Origin: Heptranchias perlo
Taxonomy: Eukaryota
Length of the DNA: 64,000 bases
Assembly (NCBI RefSeq): GCF_035084215.1
Contig: NC_090327.1
Span: 40,300,001 to 40,364,000, forward strand
Direction: 5' to 3'
This document shows positions 36,726 to 49,163 of the stretch, piece by piece (position 1 is the first letter of the stretch; each line of letters opens with the position of its first letter). The notes beneath the pieces were generated by a model that saw only the letters and a program-made list of their open reading frames with translations, was not told where the DNA came from and ran no database searches. The translations under genes were made by a program, and so were the position numbers.

Positions 36726-39542
36726 GTGGGAACTAGATTAAACTGCATTTATTTCAATGCAAGAAGTCTGATGGGCAAGGCAGATGAACTCAGGGCATGG
36801 ATGGGTACATGGGACTGGGATGTTATAGCTATTACTGAAACATGGCTAAGGGAGGGGCAGGACTGGCAGCTCAATGTTCCAGGGTACAGATGCTATAGGA
36901 AAGATAGAGCAGGAGGTAAGAGAGGAGGGGGAGTTGCGTTCTTGATTAGGGAGAACATCACGGCAGTAGTGAGAGGGGATATATCCGAGGGTTCGCCCAC
37001 TGAGTCCATATGGGTAGAACTGAAAAATAAGAAGGGAGAGATCACTTTGATAGGATTGTACTACAGACCCCCAAATAGCCAACGGGAAATTGAGGAGCAA
37101 ATATGTAAGGAGATTACAGACAGCTGCAAGAAAAATAGGGTGGTAATAGTAGGGGACTTTAACTTTCCCAACATTGACTGGGACAGCCATAGCATTAGGG
37201 GCTTGGATGGAGAGAAATTTGTTGAGTGTATTCAGGAGAAATTTCTCATTCAGTATGTGGATGGCCCGACTAGAGAGGGGGCAAAACTTGACCTCCTCTT
37301 GGGAAATAAGGAAGGGCAGGTGACAGAAGTGTTAGTGAGGGATCACTTTGGGACCAGTGATCATAATTCCATTAGTTTTAAGATAGCTATGGAGAAGGAT
37401 AGGTCTGGCCCAAAAGTTAAAATTCTAAATTGGGGAAAGGCCAATTTTGATGGTATTAGACAGGAACTTTCAGAAGTTGATTGGGAGAGTCTGTTGGCAG
37501 GCAAAGGGACGTCTGGTAAGTGGGAGGCTTTCAAAAATGTGTTAACCAGGGTTCAGGGTAAGCACATTCCTTATAAAGTGAAGGGCAAGGCTGGTAGAAG
37601 TCGGGAACCTTGGATGACTCGGGAGATTGAGGCACTAGTCAAAAATAAGAAGGAGGCATATGACATGCATAGGCAGCTGGGATCAAGTGGATCCCTTGAA
37701 GAGTATAGAGATTGCCGGAGTAGAGTTAAGAGAGAAATCAGGAGGGCAAAAAGGGGATATGAGATTGCTTTGGCAGATCAGGCAAAGGTGAATCCAAAGA
37801 GCTTCTACAAATACATAAAGGGCAAAAGGGTAACTAGGGAGAGAGTAGGGCCTCTTAAGGATCAACAAGGTCATCTAAGTGCGGAACCACAAGAGATGGG
37901 TGAGATCCTGAATGAATATTTCACATCGGTATTTACGGTTGAGAAAGGCATGAATGTTAGGGAACTTGGGGAAATAAATAGTGATGTCTTGAGGAGTGTA
38001 CATATTACAGAGAGGGAGGTGCTGGAAGTCTTAACGCGCATCAAGGTAGATAAATCTCCGGGACCTGATGAAATGTATCCCAGGACGTTATGGGAGGTTA
38101 GGGAGGAAATTGCGGGTCCCCTAGCAGAGATATTTGAATCATCCACCGCGACAGGTGAGGTGCCTGAAGATTGGAGGGTAGCAAATGTTGTGCCTTTGTT
38201 TAAGAAGGGCGGCAGGGAAAAGCCTGGGAACTACAGACCAGTGAGCCTGACATCTGTAGTGGGTAAGTTGTTAGAGGGTATTCTGAGGGACAGGATCTAC
38301 AGGCATTTGGAGAGGCAGGGACTAATTAGGAACAGTCAGCATGGTTTTGTGAGAGGAAAATCATGTCTCACGAATTTGATTGAGTTTTTTGAAGGGGTAA
38401 CCAAGAAGATAGATGAGGGCTGTGCAGTAGACGTGGTCTACATGGACTTCAGCAAAGCATTTGACAAGGTACCGCATGGTAGGTTGTTACATAAGGTTAA
38501 ATCTCATGGGATCCAAGGTGAGGTAGCCAATTGGATACAAAATTGGCTTGACGACAGAAGACAGAGGGTGGTTGTCGAGGGTTGTTTTTCAAACTGGATG
38601 CCTGTGTCCAGCGGTGTGCCTCAGGGATCGGTGCTGGGTCCGCTGTTATTTGTTATTTATATTAATGATTTGGATGAGAATTTAGGAGGCATGGTTAGTA
38701 AGTTTGCAGACGACACCAAGATTGGTGGCATTGTGGACAGTGAAGAAGGTTATCTAGGATTGCAACGGGATCTTGATAAATTGGGCCAGTGGGCCGATAA
38801 ATGGCAGATGGAGTTTAATTTAGATAAATGTGAGGTGATGCATTTTGGTAGATCGAATCGGGCCAGGACCTACTCCGTTAATGGTAAGGCGTTGGGGAGA
38901 GTTATAGAACAAAGAGATCTAGGAGTACACATTCATAGCTCCTTGAAAGTGGAGTCACAGGTGGATAGGGTGGTGAAGAAGGCATTCAGCATGCTTGGTT
39001 TCATTGGTCAGAACATTGAATGCAGGAGTTGGGATGTCTTGTTGAAGTTGTACAGGGCATTGGTGAGGCCACACTTGGAGTACTGTGTACAGTTCTGGTC
39101 ACCCTATTATAGAAAGGATATTATTAAACTAGAAAGAGTGCAGAAAAGATTTACTAGGATGCTACCGGGACTTGATGGTTTGACTTACAGGGAGAGGTTA
39201 GACAGACTGGGACTTTATTCCCTGGAGAGTAGGAGGTTAAGGGGTGATCTTAAAGAAGTCTATAAAATAATGAGGGGCATAGATAAGGTCGATAGTCAAA
39301 ATCTTTTCCCAAAGGTAGGGGAGTCTATAACGAGGGGGCACAGATTTAAGGTGAGAGGGGAGAGATACAAAAGGGTCCAGAGGGGCAATTGTTTCACTCA
39401 AAGGGTGGTGAGTGTCTGGAACGAGCTGCCAGAGGCAGTAATAGAGGCGGGTACAATTTTGTCTTTTAAAAAGCATTTGGACAGTTACATGGGGAAGATG
39501 GGTATCGAGGGATATGGGCCAAGTGCAGGCAATTGGGACTAG
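36726..39542 (+). CDS. CR1 ORF2: APE endonuclease and reverse transcriptase (938 aa as called; first codons come from the flank)
   Basis: EN motifs YFNARS, ITETW, YYRPP, GDFN, SDH; RT motifs YRPVSLTS, DFSKAFD, GVPQGSVLGP, FADD; no stops or frameshifts. Confidence 0.93.
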   Translation: MGTRLNCIYFNARSLMGKADELRAWMGTWDWDVIAITETWLREGQDWQLNVPGYRCYRKDRAGGKRGGGVAFLIRENITAVVRGDISEGSPTESIWVELKNKKGEITLIGLYYRPPNSQREIEEQICKEITDSCKKNRVVIVGDFNFPNIDWDSHSIRGLDGEKFVECIQEKFLIQYVDGPTREGAKLDLLLGNKEGQVTEVLVRDHFGTSDHNSISFKIAMEKDRSGPKVKILNWGKANFDGIRQELSEVDWESLLAGKGTSGKWEAFKNVLTRVQGKHIPYKVKGKAGRSREPWMTREIEALVKNKKEAYDMHRQLGSSGSLEEYRDCRSRVKREIRRAKRGYEIALADQAKVNPKSFYKYIKGKRVTRERVGPLKDQQGHLSAEPQEMGEILNEYFTSVFTVEKGMNVRELGEINSDVLRSVHITEREVLEVLTRIKVDKSPGPDEMYPRTLWEVREEIAGPLAEIFESSTATGEVPEDWRVANVVPLFKKGGREKPGNYRPVSLTSVVGKLLEGILRDRIYRHLERQGLIRNSQHGFVRGKSCLTNLIEFFEGVTKKIDEGCAVDVVYMDFSKAFDKVPHGRLLHKVKSHGIQGEVANWIQNWLDDRRQRVVVEGCFSNWMPVSSGVPQGSVLGPLLFVIYINDLDENLGGMVSKFADDTKIGGIVDSEEGYLGLQRDLDKLGQWADKWQMEFNLDKCEVMHFGRSNRARTYSVNGKALGRVIEQRDLGVHIHSSLKVESQVDRVVKKAFSMLGFIGQNIECRSWDVLLKLYRALVRPHLEYCVQFWSPYYRKDIIKLERVQKRFTRMLPGLDGLTYRERLDRLGLYSLESRRLRGDLKEVYKIMRGIDKVDSQNLFPKVGESITRGHRFKVRGERYKRVQRGNCFTQRVVSVWNELPEAVIEAGTILSFKKHLDSYMGKMGIEGYGPSAGNWD

Positions 39543-39626
39543 CTTAGTGGTATAAACTGGGCGACATGGACATGTTGGGCCGAAGGGCCTGTTTCCATGT
39601 TGTAACTTCTATGATTCTATGATTCT
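36735..39626 (+). mobile_element. Young CR1 LINE, truncated at the very start of ORF2
   Basis: Probable 4-bp TSD AACT (36731-36734 and 39627-39630); (TTCTATGA)n tail; uninterrupted ORF2. Confidence 0.95.
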
Positions 39627-40344
39627 AACTCCATCACCTCCAAGTTTCCTCCAAGTCAGACACGTATTGCCATTCCTTCATAGTCGCTCAGTCAATATCC
39701 AGGAATTTCCTACCCAACACCATACTGGAAGCACCTTCAGTGCAAGGACTGCAGTGGTTTAAGGAGTAGGCCCATCAGCATTTTCTCAGAACAACTAGAG
39801 ATGGGCAATAAATGCAGCCTTACCAGCACTGCCCACATGCCAAAAACAAATAAAAACCAATTTGTTTTCTACATCTCTTCAGGTCTTCCTGTGTATGTTT
39901 TACTTGCAGTTATCCTTACACTTAAATTCAAAATTCTGCTGAACTGAAGATCTGAATCTACAGTAAGATCAGTTTCTACTCGAGTTGTCTAACTGTTGTA
40001 AAATAAAATCAACTGTGGCTATAACACCAAGTATTGTTATTTAATGTTGTTGAAACATGTTGCAAATTACAGCAAAGATAATCAGTACTTGGTCAAATTC
40101 TAAGAAAGGAGTAGAAGCAGAATTTGTAAGAATGCACATCAGTGGATAATCAACATAATTACATGTAAATTTACCCAATGTAAATCAGGCATGTAACAGT
40201 CTACTGGTTTGTCATTTCATGTGTCAGAGGCACTGATCAGTTGCTTCATTTATTGAAATATATGCTTTTGTCATTAAGTGTTGTTTTTTTTCCCAGAAAA
40301 TTAATCTCTGCATATCGTTTGGTGTCCACAAATAGCTTTGTTTC

Positions 40345-42512
40345 ATTGTGGAGGTATCAGAGGTGGGTGTGGAATTATTGGCGGATGTTATCATTCAAAT
40401 AGAATATAGAATAGCACAAAAGAATTTACTCAAACTTAGGGAAGACAATTCACAGGGACCTGAGGTTGACATCCAAAAGATGTTGAAAGTAGTTAAGGAA
40501 GGCAGTGGTGGCTCAGACTATAACCTGTGAGAAGGAAATTTGTCTCGGAGAACCAAAGGGTGGCAAATTTGACACTCCTCTACAAAAAACGTAGCTTTAA
40601 ACCGGGAAATCATACGCAAGTTAGTCTTACCTCAGTAGTTGCTAAACTACCAGATGACGTTACTAACCACTTGGAGAAACACGAGTTATTCAGAACTAGT
40701 CAGCACAGATTTTCAAAGAGCAGATCATGCTTGACTAACTTTTAAAAATGTTTGAGTAACACAGAGGACAGATAAAGGGAACTCAATGCATGTGGTTTAT
40801 ATGGATTCTCAAAAAGCATTTGATCGTGTTCCAAATAAGAGACTAATGGTTAAGATAACAGTACATGGAATTAAGGGGAATGTGACCACATGGAGAAGGT
40901 GGTTGGAGGGCAGACAGCAAATGGTTGAGTTAAAGGAAATTTCTCAGACTGGAAAGACTTGGCAAGTGGTGTTCCAAAAGGGTCTGCATTGAGGCCACTC
41001 TTACTTACTATAAACACAATTAATCTACACTTAGAAACTGAAGGAACGGTACTGAAATTAACTAAGTCGCCAAATGGGGTGCAAGGCAAATTGTGATAAG
41101 GACTGTGAAAGCCTGCAGTAACACATTTTGGGGCTATTTTAAAATGGAACTGGAGGCAGAGCAAATACATAAGGCCATAAAAAAGGCAAACAGAATCCTT
41201 GTACCTAATGACATAAAATACAAAATCAAGGATAATGCTGAACTTGTACAGAACCTAGCTTGGGCTGCAGCTGGAAGCATTATGTACCGTTTTGAGCATA
41301 CCATCACAGGAAGGATATTGGAACAGGAGTAGGCCATTCAACCCCTCAAGCCTTTTCTACCATTCAGTTAGATTATGGCTGAACTGTACCTTTTGTTCCA
41401 TATCCCTTAATACCCTGACCCAACAAAAATCTCAGTCGTGAAAATTTTAATTGATCCAGCATTGACAGCTTTATGATGGAGCAAGATCCTGAGTTCCACT
41501 ACCCTTTGTGTGAAAAAGTGCTTCTTGATTTCACTCCTAAATGGCCTAACTCTAATTTTATTATGCACTCTTGTTCTGGATTTCCCTAACAGAGGAAATA
41601 ATTTCTCAGTATCTATCCTTTCAAATCCCTTTATAATTTTAAACACCTTGATTAGATCACTCTTCAGCCATCTAAATTTAAGCCAAGTTTATACAATCTG
41701 TCCTCATAATTTAACCTTTTAAATCCAGGTATCATTTGTTGAATCTGTGCTGTACCCCTTCCAAGGCCAATAAATTAATCCTCGGGTTCAGTGCCCAAAA
41801 CTAAACGCAGTACTCCAGATGGGGTCTGACCAGGCTTCTGAACACTTCATCGCTTTTGAATTCCAACCCCCTGGAGATAAAGACCAACATTTCATTAGCC
41901 TTTTTGATTACTTTTTGTACCTGTATACTACCTTTCAGTGATAAAAGCAATGGAAAAAGATGTAGTGTTTATTCACTAGGATGTTATCAGGGACGAGGGG
42001 TTACGGTTATAAAAAGGGACATGAGAAGTTAGGGTGCTTTTCACTGGAACTGCTACAGTTGAGCGGTGGCCTGAGAGTTCCCATTTGTTGGCAAGACGAT
42101 AACGAGGGGGGTACAAATTTAAAATACTCACCAAAAGAATTAGAGGGGTTAGAAATTTCTTTGCAAAGAGGGGTCAGAATGTGGAATGCTCTGACACAAA
42201 CTCTGTTGAAGCAGAGTTCATGAGAACATTTTAAAAAAGGGAATTAGATAAGCTACAAGTAGAGAAAATTTATTTCCGCTGGTAGTAAATCAGTAACAAA
42301 AGAGCATAAATTTATCAAAGGAATGAAGGGAGAAATTAGGAGATTTTAATTATGTAGAAGTTTGTTGGAACAGAAAGAATCCATAATAGGTTTTAAATGG
42401 GAAGTGAAGAAAAGGGTACGAGGAAAGGGTCTAAATGGATAGCTCTTTCAGAAAACCAACACAGACATGATGGGCTAAATGATTTCCTTGTGTGCTGTAA
42501 AATTCTATGATT
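40345..42512 (+). mobile_element. Highly decayed CR1 with a minus-strand CR1 3' fragment (about 41320-41945) inserted
   Basis: QVSLTSVV, YMDSQKAFDRVPNKRL; insert encodes FFTQRVV; ATTCTATGATTCT tail near 42505. Confidence 0.8.
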
Positions 42513-43399
42513 CTGGTTGCTTGAAAAAGAGGGATAAAAGGTGGCTGATGTGCAGGCCCGTTTCTGTACTGTAACATTCTATGATTCTTGGTCACTTATC
42601 AACTCTGCTGGTGTCCTGCATTATGGGTCTTCACCCCGTAACTTTGCTTTCTCAATAAAACAAAAATGCAGACAGATAACCACATGTGGGGAGAAACGCC
42701 AAAATGAAGCAGAGAAAAGGAGGAGTGGAAGGGAACGTGAAAAAAGCAGTTTTAACTGCTACATATACAATATGATATTCTGAACAAGCATGAACACACA
42801 GTGTAATTATAAAAAAAAAATGCAGGTTCCTTAACCTTTATTTCATGAGTAAATTTATGAACTGCTCCAATAAGTTCATCAAAATGATCAGTGGATCTTT
42901 TGAGAATTCAGGACATCACTTTCAAACATCTGTTATCAAGATATTTGTAATTTACCCCCCCTCCCGCTCCCGAAAGAAGCAGATCATCATCTTATACAAA
43001 ATTCCCAAGAAACATTTGTTGAATTTGTTGTACGTGCATATATTTTGGGCAGTCAGGTATCTGACATACACATAAACCCATCACCACGTTTTCAGACTCT
43101 CCAAATCAAGCTGCCGAGAAATCTACACTCACTGTAGAGTTTCTATTTGCTCAATACCTCCCTGAAGGAAGACATCCCACTCACCCAAGTCCAGAAAGCC
43201 TTGACGCAGGTTGACAGAGCCGAGTCTTAGGGACTCAGTACTGCTGAGGTTAATTAGCTAAAACTGTTCAGCTTACTAGAGATGATCTCTACTGTTTGTC
43301 CAGTTAGGTCTACCATAGGACATTAGCTTGCATGGTTAACTGGATCCAAGTGGGAAGAGTCCTGCTCCCCAGTACACTGTTCCAGCTTCCATTAGTGAG

Positions 43400-43970
43400 T
43401 CAGGCTGATTGATCAATCATTAGCAGTGCCTCAGGTTACTGAAGATCTGCTTAGCTCAGGTATAAGACTACCAAGTCTGCCACAAAGGGTTGACTTGATT
43501 CCAAGCTCCCATTGCCAGGCGTGTCACCTTGGAGCCATCTAGACCCTAAGGACCTCACTTACCTTTCACTTTCAGATAATCACTAGTTGGCTAGTTGCAG
43601 ATTTGAGCCTTCGCTATGTGACAGTGGGCATCAAGAGCTCTTCACAAGTTGCATATGAGCAACAAAAGATACATGTGTCTGTTGGCACCATCCTCCTGAC
43701 CCCAGCATTGACACACATCGCATCCCATCAAAAGGTGGATCCACCGGATGTACGTGCAGAGCTTCAGCAGCAAGCGCTTGCCTCTTTCCAACCCAATGAT
43801 GGTAGGCATCAAGCCCTGGATATGAGTACTGTTCTCATATCTGGTCTTCAGGTGACGTATTCCAGCAGCTGCATTCTCAAGTCTCAGTATTTCCTCATCA
43901 GCTACATGCCGGACATCTGCTTTCAGTGTGGTGGAAAGACCAACGCAGCTTGCATCGTGTTAGTCACCTT
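43400..43970 (+). mobile_element. Possible degenerate DIRS-type RT/RNase H relic
   Basis: ELQQQALASFQPNDGRHQALDMSTV loosely resembles the DIRS RNase H pattern ELxAVxxALxxFxPxxxGRHVxxxxDNxT; GC higher than flanks. Confidence 0.25.
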
Positions 43971-43974
43971 GATA

Positions 43975-44905
43975 TTACATAGACTATACAGCACAGAAAC
44001 AGGCCATACGGTCCAACAAGTCTATGCCGGTGCTTACACTCCAAACGGGCCTCCTCCCTCCCTACTTCATCTAACCCAATCAGCATACCCTTCTATTCCT
44101 TTCTCCATGTGATGTATCTAGCTTCCCCATAAAATGCATCTATGCTAGTCGCCTCAAATACTCCTTGTGGTAGCGAGTTCCACATTCTTCCCAGTCTCCA
44201 GGTAAAGAAGTATCTCCTGAATTCCCTATTGGATTTGTTAGTTATTATCTTATATTTATGGCCCCTAGTTCTGGTCTCCCCCACAAGCAGGAACATCTTC
44301 TCCACGTCTACCCTATCAAACCCTTTCATAATCTTAAAGACCTCTATCAGGTCACCCCTCAGTTTTTTTTTCCTCTAGAAAAAAAGGAGTCCCAGCCTGC
44401 AAACTTCTTCCCAGATAGGTATAACCTCTCAGTTCTGTTATCAACCTAGTAAATCTTTTTTGCACCTTCTCCAGTGCCTCTATATCCTTTTTATAATATG
44501 GAGACCAGAACTGTTCACAGTACTCCAAATGTGGCCTAATCTCGTTTTTATACAAGTTTAACATAACTTCTCTGCTTTTCAATTCTATCCCTCTAGAAAT
44601 GAACCCGAGTGCTTGGTTTGCTTTTTCATGGCCTTATTAACCTGTGTCACTACTTTTAGTGATTTGTTATCTGTAGCCCCAGTTCCCTCTGTCCTCTACC
44701 CCATTAAGGTACTTATTTTCCAAGCAGTATGTGGCCCCTTATTCTTACATTTTGGTAGGAATACCTCATTTCTTATATTGAAATTCATTTGCCAGTTACA
44801 TACCGATTCTGCAAGTTTATTAATGTCTTCCTGTATTTTGTCAGAGTCCTCCTTCTATACCCCTAATTTGGTGTTGTCCACGAAATTTGAAATTGTACTT
44901 CCAAT
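43975..44905 (-). mobile_element. CR1 3' fragment
   Basis: RPHLEYCEQFWSPYYKKDIE; TTACATAGACTATACAGCAC end. Confidence 0.9.
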
Positions 44906-45069
44906 TCTGGATGTCCAACTCCAATGCCCTGAACCAGACTGACTCATCACTAACTGCTTAATCCAGATCTTCAAGGTGAGGGACTTTGAAAAAGAGGTGT
45001 GTCTGCTGTGAGACTGACTCCCCCCTCCATGTTGTAAGTATACAAACTTCGTTCTTCTTTAGAAACCAA

Positions 45070-48000
45070 ATTGGCAAAGGCATAGGCAGATCAGAAAGAT
45101 GAATGCGTGGCTGAAAGAGTGGTCTGGGAAGGAGGGGTTCCATTTCATGGGACACTGGCATCAGTACTGGGACAGGAAGGAGCTGTACCACTACGATGGG
45201 GTCCACCTGAACCGGAATGGAACCAGTGTCCAAGTGGAAAAGATAAATAGCACAGTTGATAGGATTTTAAATTAGTAAGAAGTGGGGGGGGGGGGGGGGG
45301 GGAGAAAAGAGATCTGGTGAAAATAAAATAAGTCTGGAAATAGGAGATGAGAGTAAAGGTCAGACCAAGGTAAGGAACATGGGTAACAAACGGTCAGGGA
45401 ACAAATACAATTATAGAAGATAAGTACAAAATGACTGAGGGGAACAATTATTAAAAACAAATTAAAATGCCTGCACTGTGCACAGCATCCGGAAAAAAAC
45501 GTGGGATCTGGAGGCAATAATTCATAGTGAGGAGCCAGATGTAGTAGGGATGACTGATACATGGCTACATAAAGAACAGGACTGGCAGCTAAATAGAATC
45601 ATAGAAAGGTTACAGCAAGGAAGGAGGCCATTTGGCCCATCGAGTCCATGCCAGCTCTATGCAAGAGCAATCCAGCTAGTCCCAGTCCCCCACCCTATCC
45701 CCGTAGCCCTGCAATTTTTTTTCCTTTCAAGTACTTCTCCAGTTCCTTTTGAAAGCCACTATTGAATCTTCCTCCACCAACCGCACCCCCACCCCCCTAT
45801 CACCGGCAATGCATTCCAGATCCTAACCACACACTGCGTAAAAAAGTTTTTCTTCATGTATTGCAGGATATAACATATTTAGAAAGGATAGGGAAGGAAG
45901 AGGGGGTAGGGTAGCTGTACTAATTAGAACAACATAATGGCAATAGAAAAAAGGGACATAAGTAATATTAAGATAGAAACAGAATCCATATGGATTAAGA
46001 CAAAGGATAAGAAGGAATTGATCAAGTTAATAGGCATATTCTACAGATCACCTAATAATAGAAGGAAAGTGGAGGAAGAAATATGTAGCCAAATCTATGA
46101 AATGAGTAAAAAAAAAATCAAATAATAATCAAAGGAGATTTCAACTACTCCCAAATAAATTGGCAAGAGGTAGAGAAAGGGGAAATAAGTTTTTATAGTG
46201 TGTACATGACTCCTTTCTCAGTGAGAAGCCCAACAAGAGAGGAATCACTGCTGGATCTGGTAATTGGCAATAAACCAGAGTAGATAAGACAAGTAAGTGT
46301 AGGAGAACATCTAGTCAAGAGTGATCATAAGATAATAAAAGGTTTAAAATAATGATTGAGAAACACACAAGATAGAACAAAGAAATAGATTGGAAAAAAG
46401 CTAATTTTGTGGGGATGAGAATGGAACTTGGGAAGGTAAACTGGAAAAGAATTTTGACAAAGAGATACAACAGAAGTGGGAAACATTTAAAACGGTGATC
46501 AAGAGAGGTCAGGAGAAATATATTCCGCTAAAAAGCAAGAACAAACTAGCCAATAATGAAACACCATGGATGAATAAAGAGATATGGGTAAAATTAAAAC
46601 TAAAGAAAAACGGTATACTCTAAGGACATAGACAATAAAGGAAAGGATGACAAAAGGGAATACGAAGAGATTAGGAAAGAAGTCAAAAAAAGTTAGGAAA
46701 GCAATGAGGAACTACGAAATTAAATTATCATGGAATATATGGTCACTGACACATAAATAACAAAAGAAAAATCAGGATAGGGATAGGGCCACAAAGGGAT
46801 GCACAAGATAAACTCACAGGTAATGACAGCGAAATGGTAGAAATATTAGTTACTTTGCCTCAGTACTTACCAGGAAGACTAACAAGGTGGGCATTGCATT
46901 AGAAGAGATCAAAAAAGATATTAAAACATTTAAGATAGAAGGTGGGGGGGGGAGGGGGGTGAAGATAATTGATAAACTAATCAAACTTAAAGAGTATAAA
47001 ACCACTGGTCCAGATGGATTGCATCCGCGAATATTAAAAGAAGTTAGGGATGAGAGAGCAGAGGCACTATTACATATATATAAAAATTCATTAGAAAAAG
47101 GGAATAGTGCCAGAGGACTGACGGACAGCTAATGTTGTTCTATCTCCCTTTTTAAATATAGGAATAAGTCCAGAAAACCATAGACCAGTTAGCTTAACAT
47201 TGGTGGTAGGAAAGATAATGGACTCTTTACTCAAAGATGTAATAGAAAAACATCCAGAGAACAAAAATATAATAAAGAATAGTCAGATCAGATTTCAGAA
47301 GGGGAAGTCATGCTTGACCAACCTTACTGAATTATTTGAAGAAGTAACAGAAAGGGTAGACAAGGGTGATGCAGTAGATGTAAAATATTTGGATTTTCAA
47401 AAACCCTTCCGTAAGGCACCACATTGTATACTCATGACTAAGGTCAAAGCATGTGGAGTCAGGGGACAGGTAGCAGAACGGATACCAAGCTGGCTACAAA
47501 ACAGAAAGCAGAGAATAGGGGTTAAGGGTGGTTACTCAGACTGGCAAAAGGTGGGAGGTGGTGTTCCACAGGGATCAGTGCTAGGACCACTGTTGTTCAC
47601 AATTTACATTAACGATTTGGACTCGGGAATCGTTAGTACAATTTCAAAATTTGCGGATAACTCCAAATTGAGGGGTGTAGATAATACAAAGGAAGAATGT
47701 GTCAAAATGCAAGAGGACATTAATAAACTTGCAGAATTGGCGTGTAATTGGGTCTGGAATTTCTATATAGATAAGTGTGAGGTACTGCATTTTGGATAGA
47801 AGAAAAAGGAGGCCACACATTGCTTGGATAATAAGTCTAAATGGAGTAGAGGAGCAAAGGGATCTCAGGGTACAGATACACATATCACTAAAAGTAGCGA
47901 TGCAGGTTAATAAGGCCGTAATAAAGGCAAACCAAGCACTGGGGTTCATTTCTAGAGGGATAGAATTGAAAAGCAGAGAAGTTATGTTAAACTTGTACAG

Positions 48001-49163
48001 AACTTTGGTTAGACCACACTTGGAGTACTGTGCACAGTTCCGGTCTTCATATTATAAAAAGAATACAGAGGCATTGGAGAAGGTGCAAAAAAGATTCACA
48101 AGGATGATACCAGAACTGAGGGGATATCCTTATCAGGAAAGGCTGAACAGGCTTGGAGTTCTTTTCTCTAGAAAAGGCTGAGGGCTGACCTGATAAAGGT
48201 CTTTAAAATAATGAAAGAGTTTGACTGGGTAGAACTGGAGAAAATGTTTCCACTTGTGGGAGAGTCCAAAACTAGAGGTCATCAATGTAAGATAGTCACT
48301 AATGAATCCAATTGGGAATTCTGGAGAAACCTCTTTACCCAAAGAGTGGTAAGAATGTGGAACATGTTACCACAGGAAGTAGTTGAGACAAAAATCATAG
48401 ATGCATTTAAGGGGAAGCTAGATAAGCACACGAAGGAGAAAGGAATAGAAGCATATGCTGATAGGGTTAGATGTAGTAGGGAGGGAGGAGGCTCATGAGA
48501 GCAGGGAGGTTATGCTAGAACCGCATAAAACACTAGTTAGACCATAGCATCAGTACTGCGTACAGTTCTGGTCACCACATTACAGGAAAGATGTGATTGC
48601 ACTCGACAGGGTACAGAGGAGATTTACGAGGATGTTGCCAGGGCTGGAGAATTTTAGCTATGAGGAAAGATTGGATAGGCTGGGGTTGTTTTCATTGGAA
48701 CAGAGGAGACTGAAGGGTGATTTAATTGAGGTGTATAAAATTATGAAGGGCCTAGATGTGGATAAGAAGGACCTATTTCCCTTAGCAGAGGGGTCAATAA
48801 CCAGGGGTCATAGATTTAAAATAATTGGTAAAAGGATTAGAGGGGAGTGGAGGGGAAGTTTTTTCACCCAGAGGGTGGTGGGGGTCTGGAACTCACTGCC
48901 TGAAAGGGTGGTAGAGACAGAAACCCTCATCGCATTTAAAAAGTACTTGGACGTGCACTTGAAGTGCCATAACCTACAGTGCTATAGACCAAGTGCTGGA
49001 AAGTGGGATTAGGCTGGATAGCTCTTTTTTGGCCAGCACAGACACGATGGGCTGAATGGCCTCCTTCTGTGCTGTAAATTTCTATGATTCTATGAGGAGC
49101 ATAAATGCTGGCATAGACCATTTGTGCCGAATGGCCTGCTCCTGTGCTGTAGACTTGATGTAA
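45070..49163 (+). mobile_element. Long decayed CR1 (ORF1 esterase C-terminus, ORF2, 3' UTR) with nested CR1 pieces at about 45594-45858 (-) and 48500-49094 (+)
   Basis: QIRKMNAWLKEW..WHQYWDRKELYHYDGVHLNRNG (SGNH-type ORF1), then MTDTW, FYRSP, GPDGLHP, GVPQGSVLGP; 3' UTR resumes at 49095. Confidence 0.88.

Larger units (their letters stand above)
35570..39857 (+). mobile_element. Old HER1-like LINE (35570-36734 and 39627-39857) hosting a Penelope insert and a young CR1
   Basis: LQWLESYLTQRKM, LQDLDRIQAWADSW; resumes after the CR1 and ends GATGGGCAATAAATGC..CCCACATG. Confidence 0.85.
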
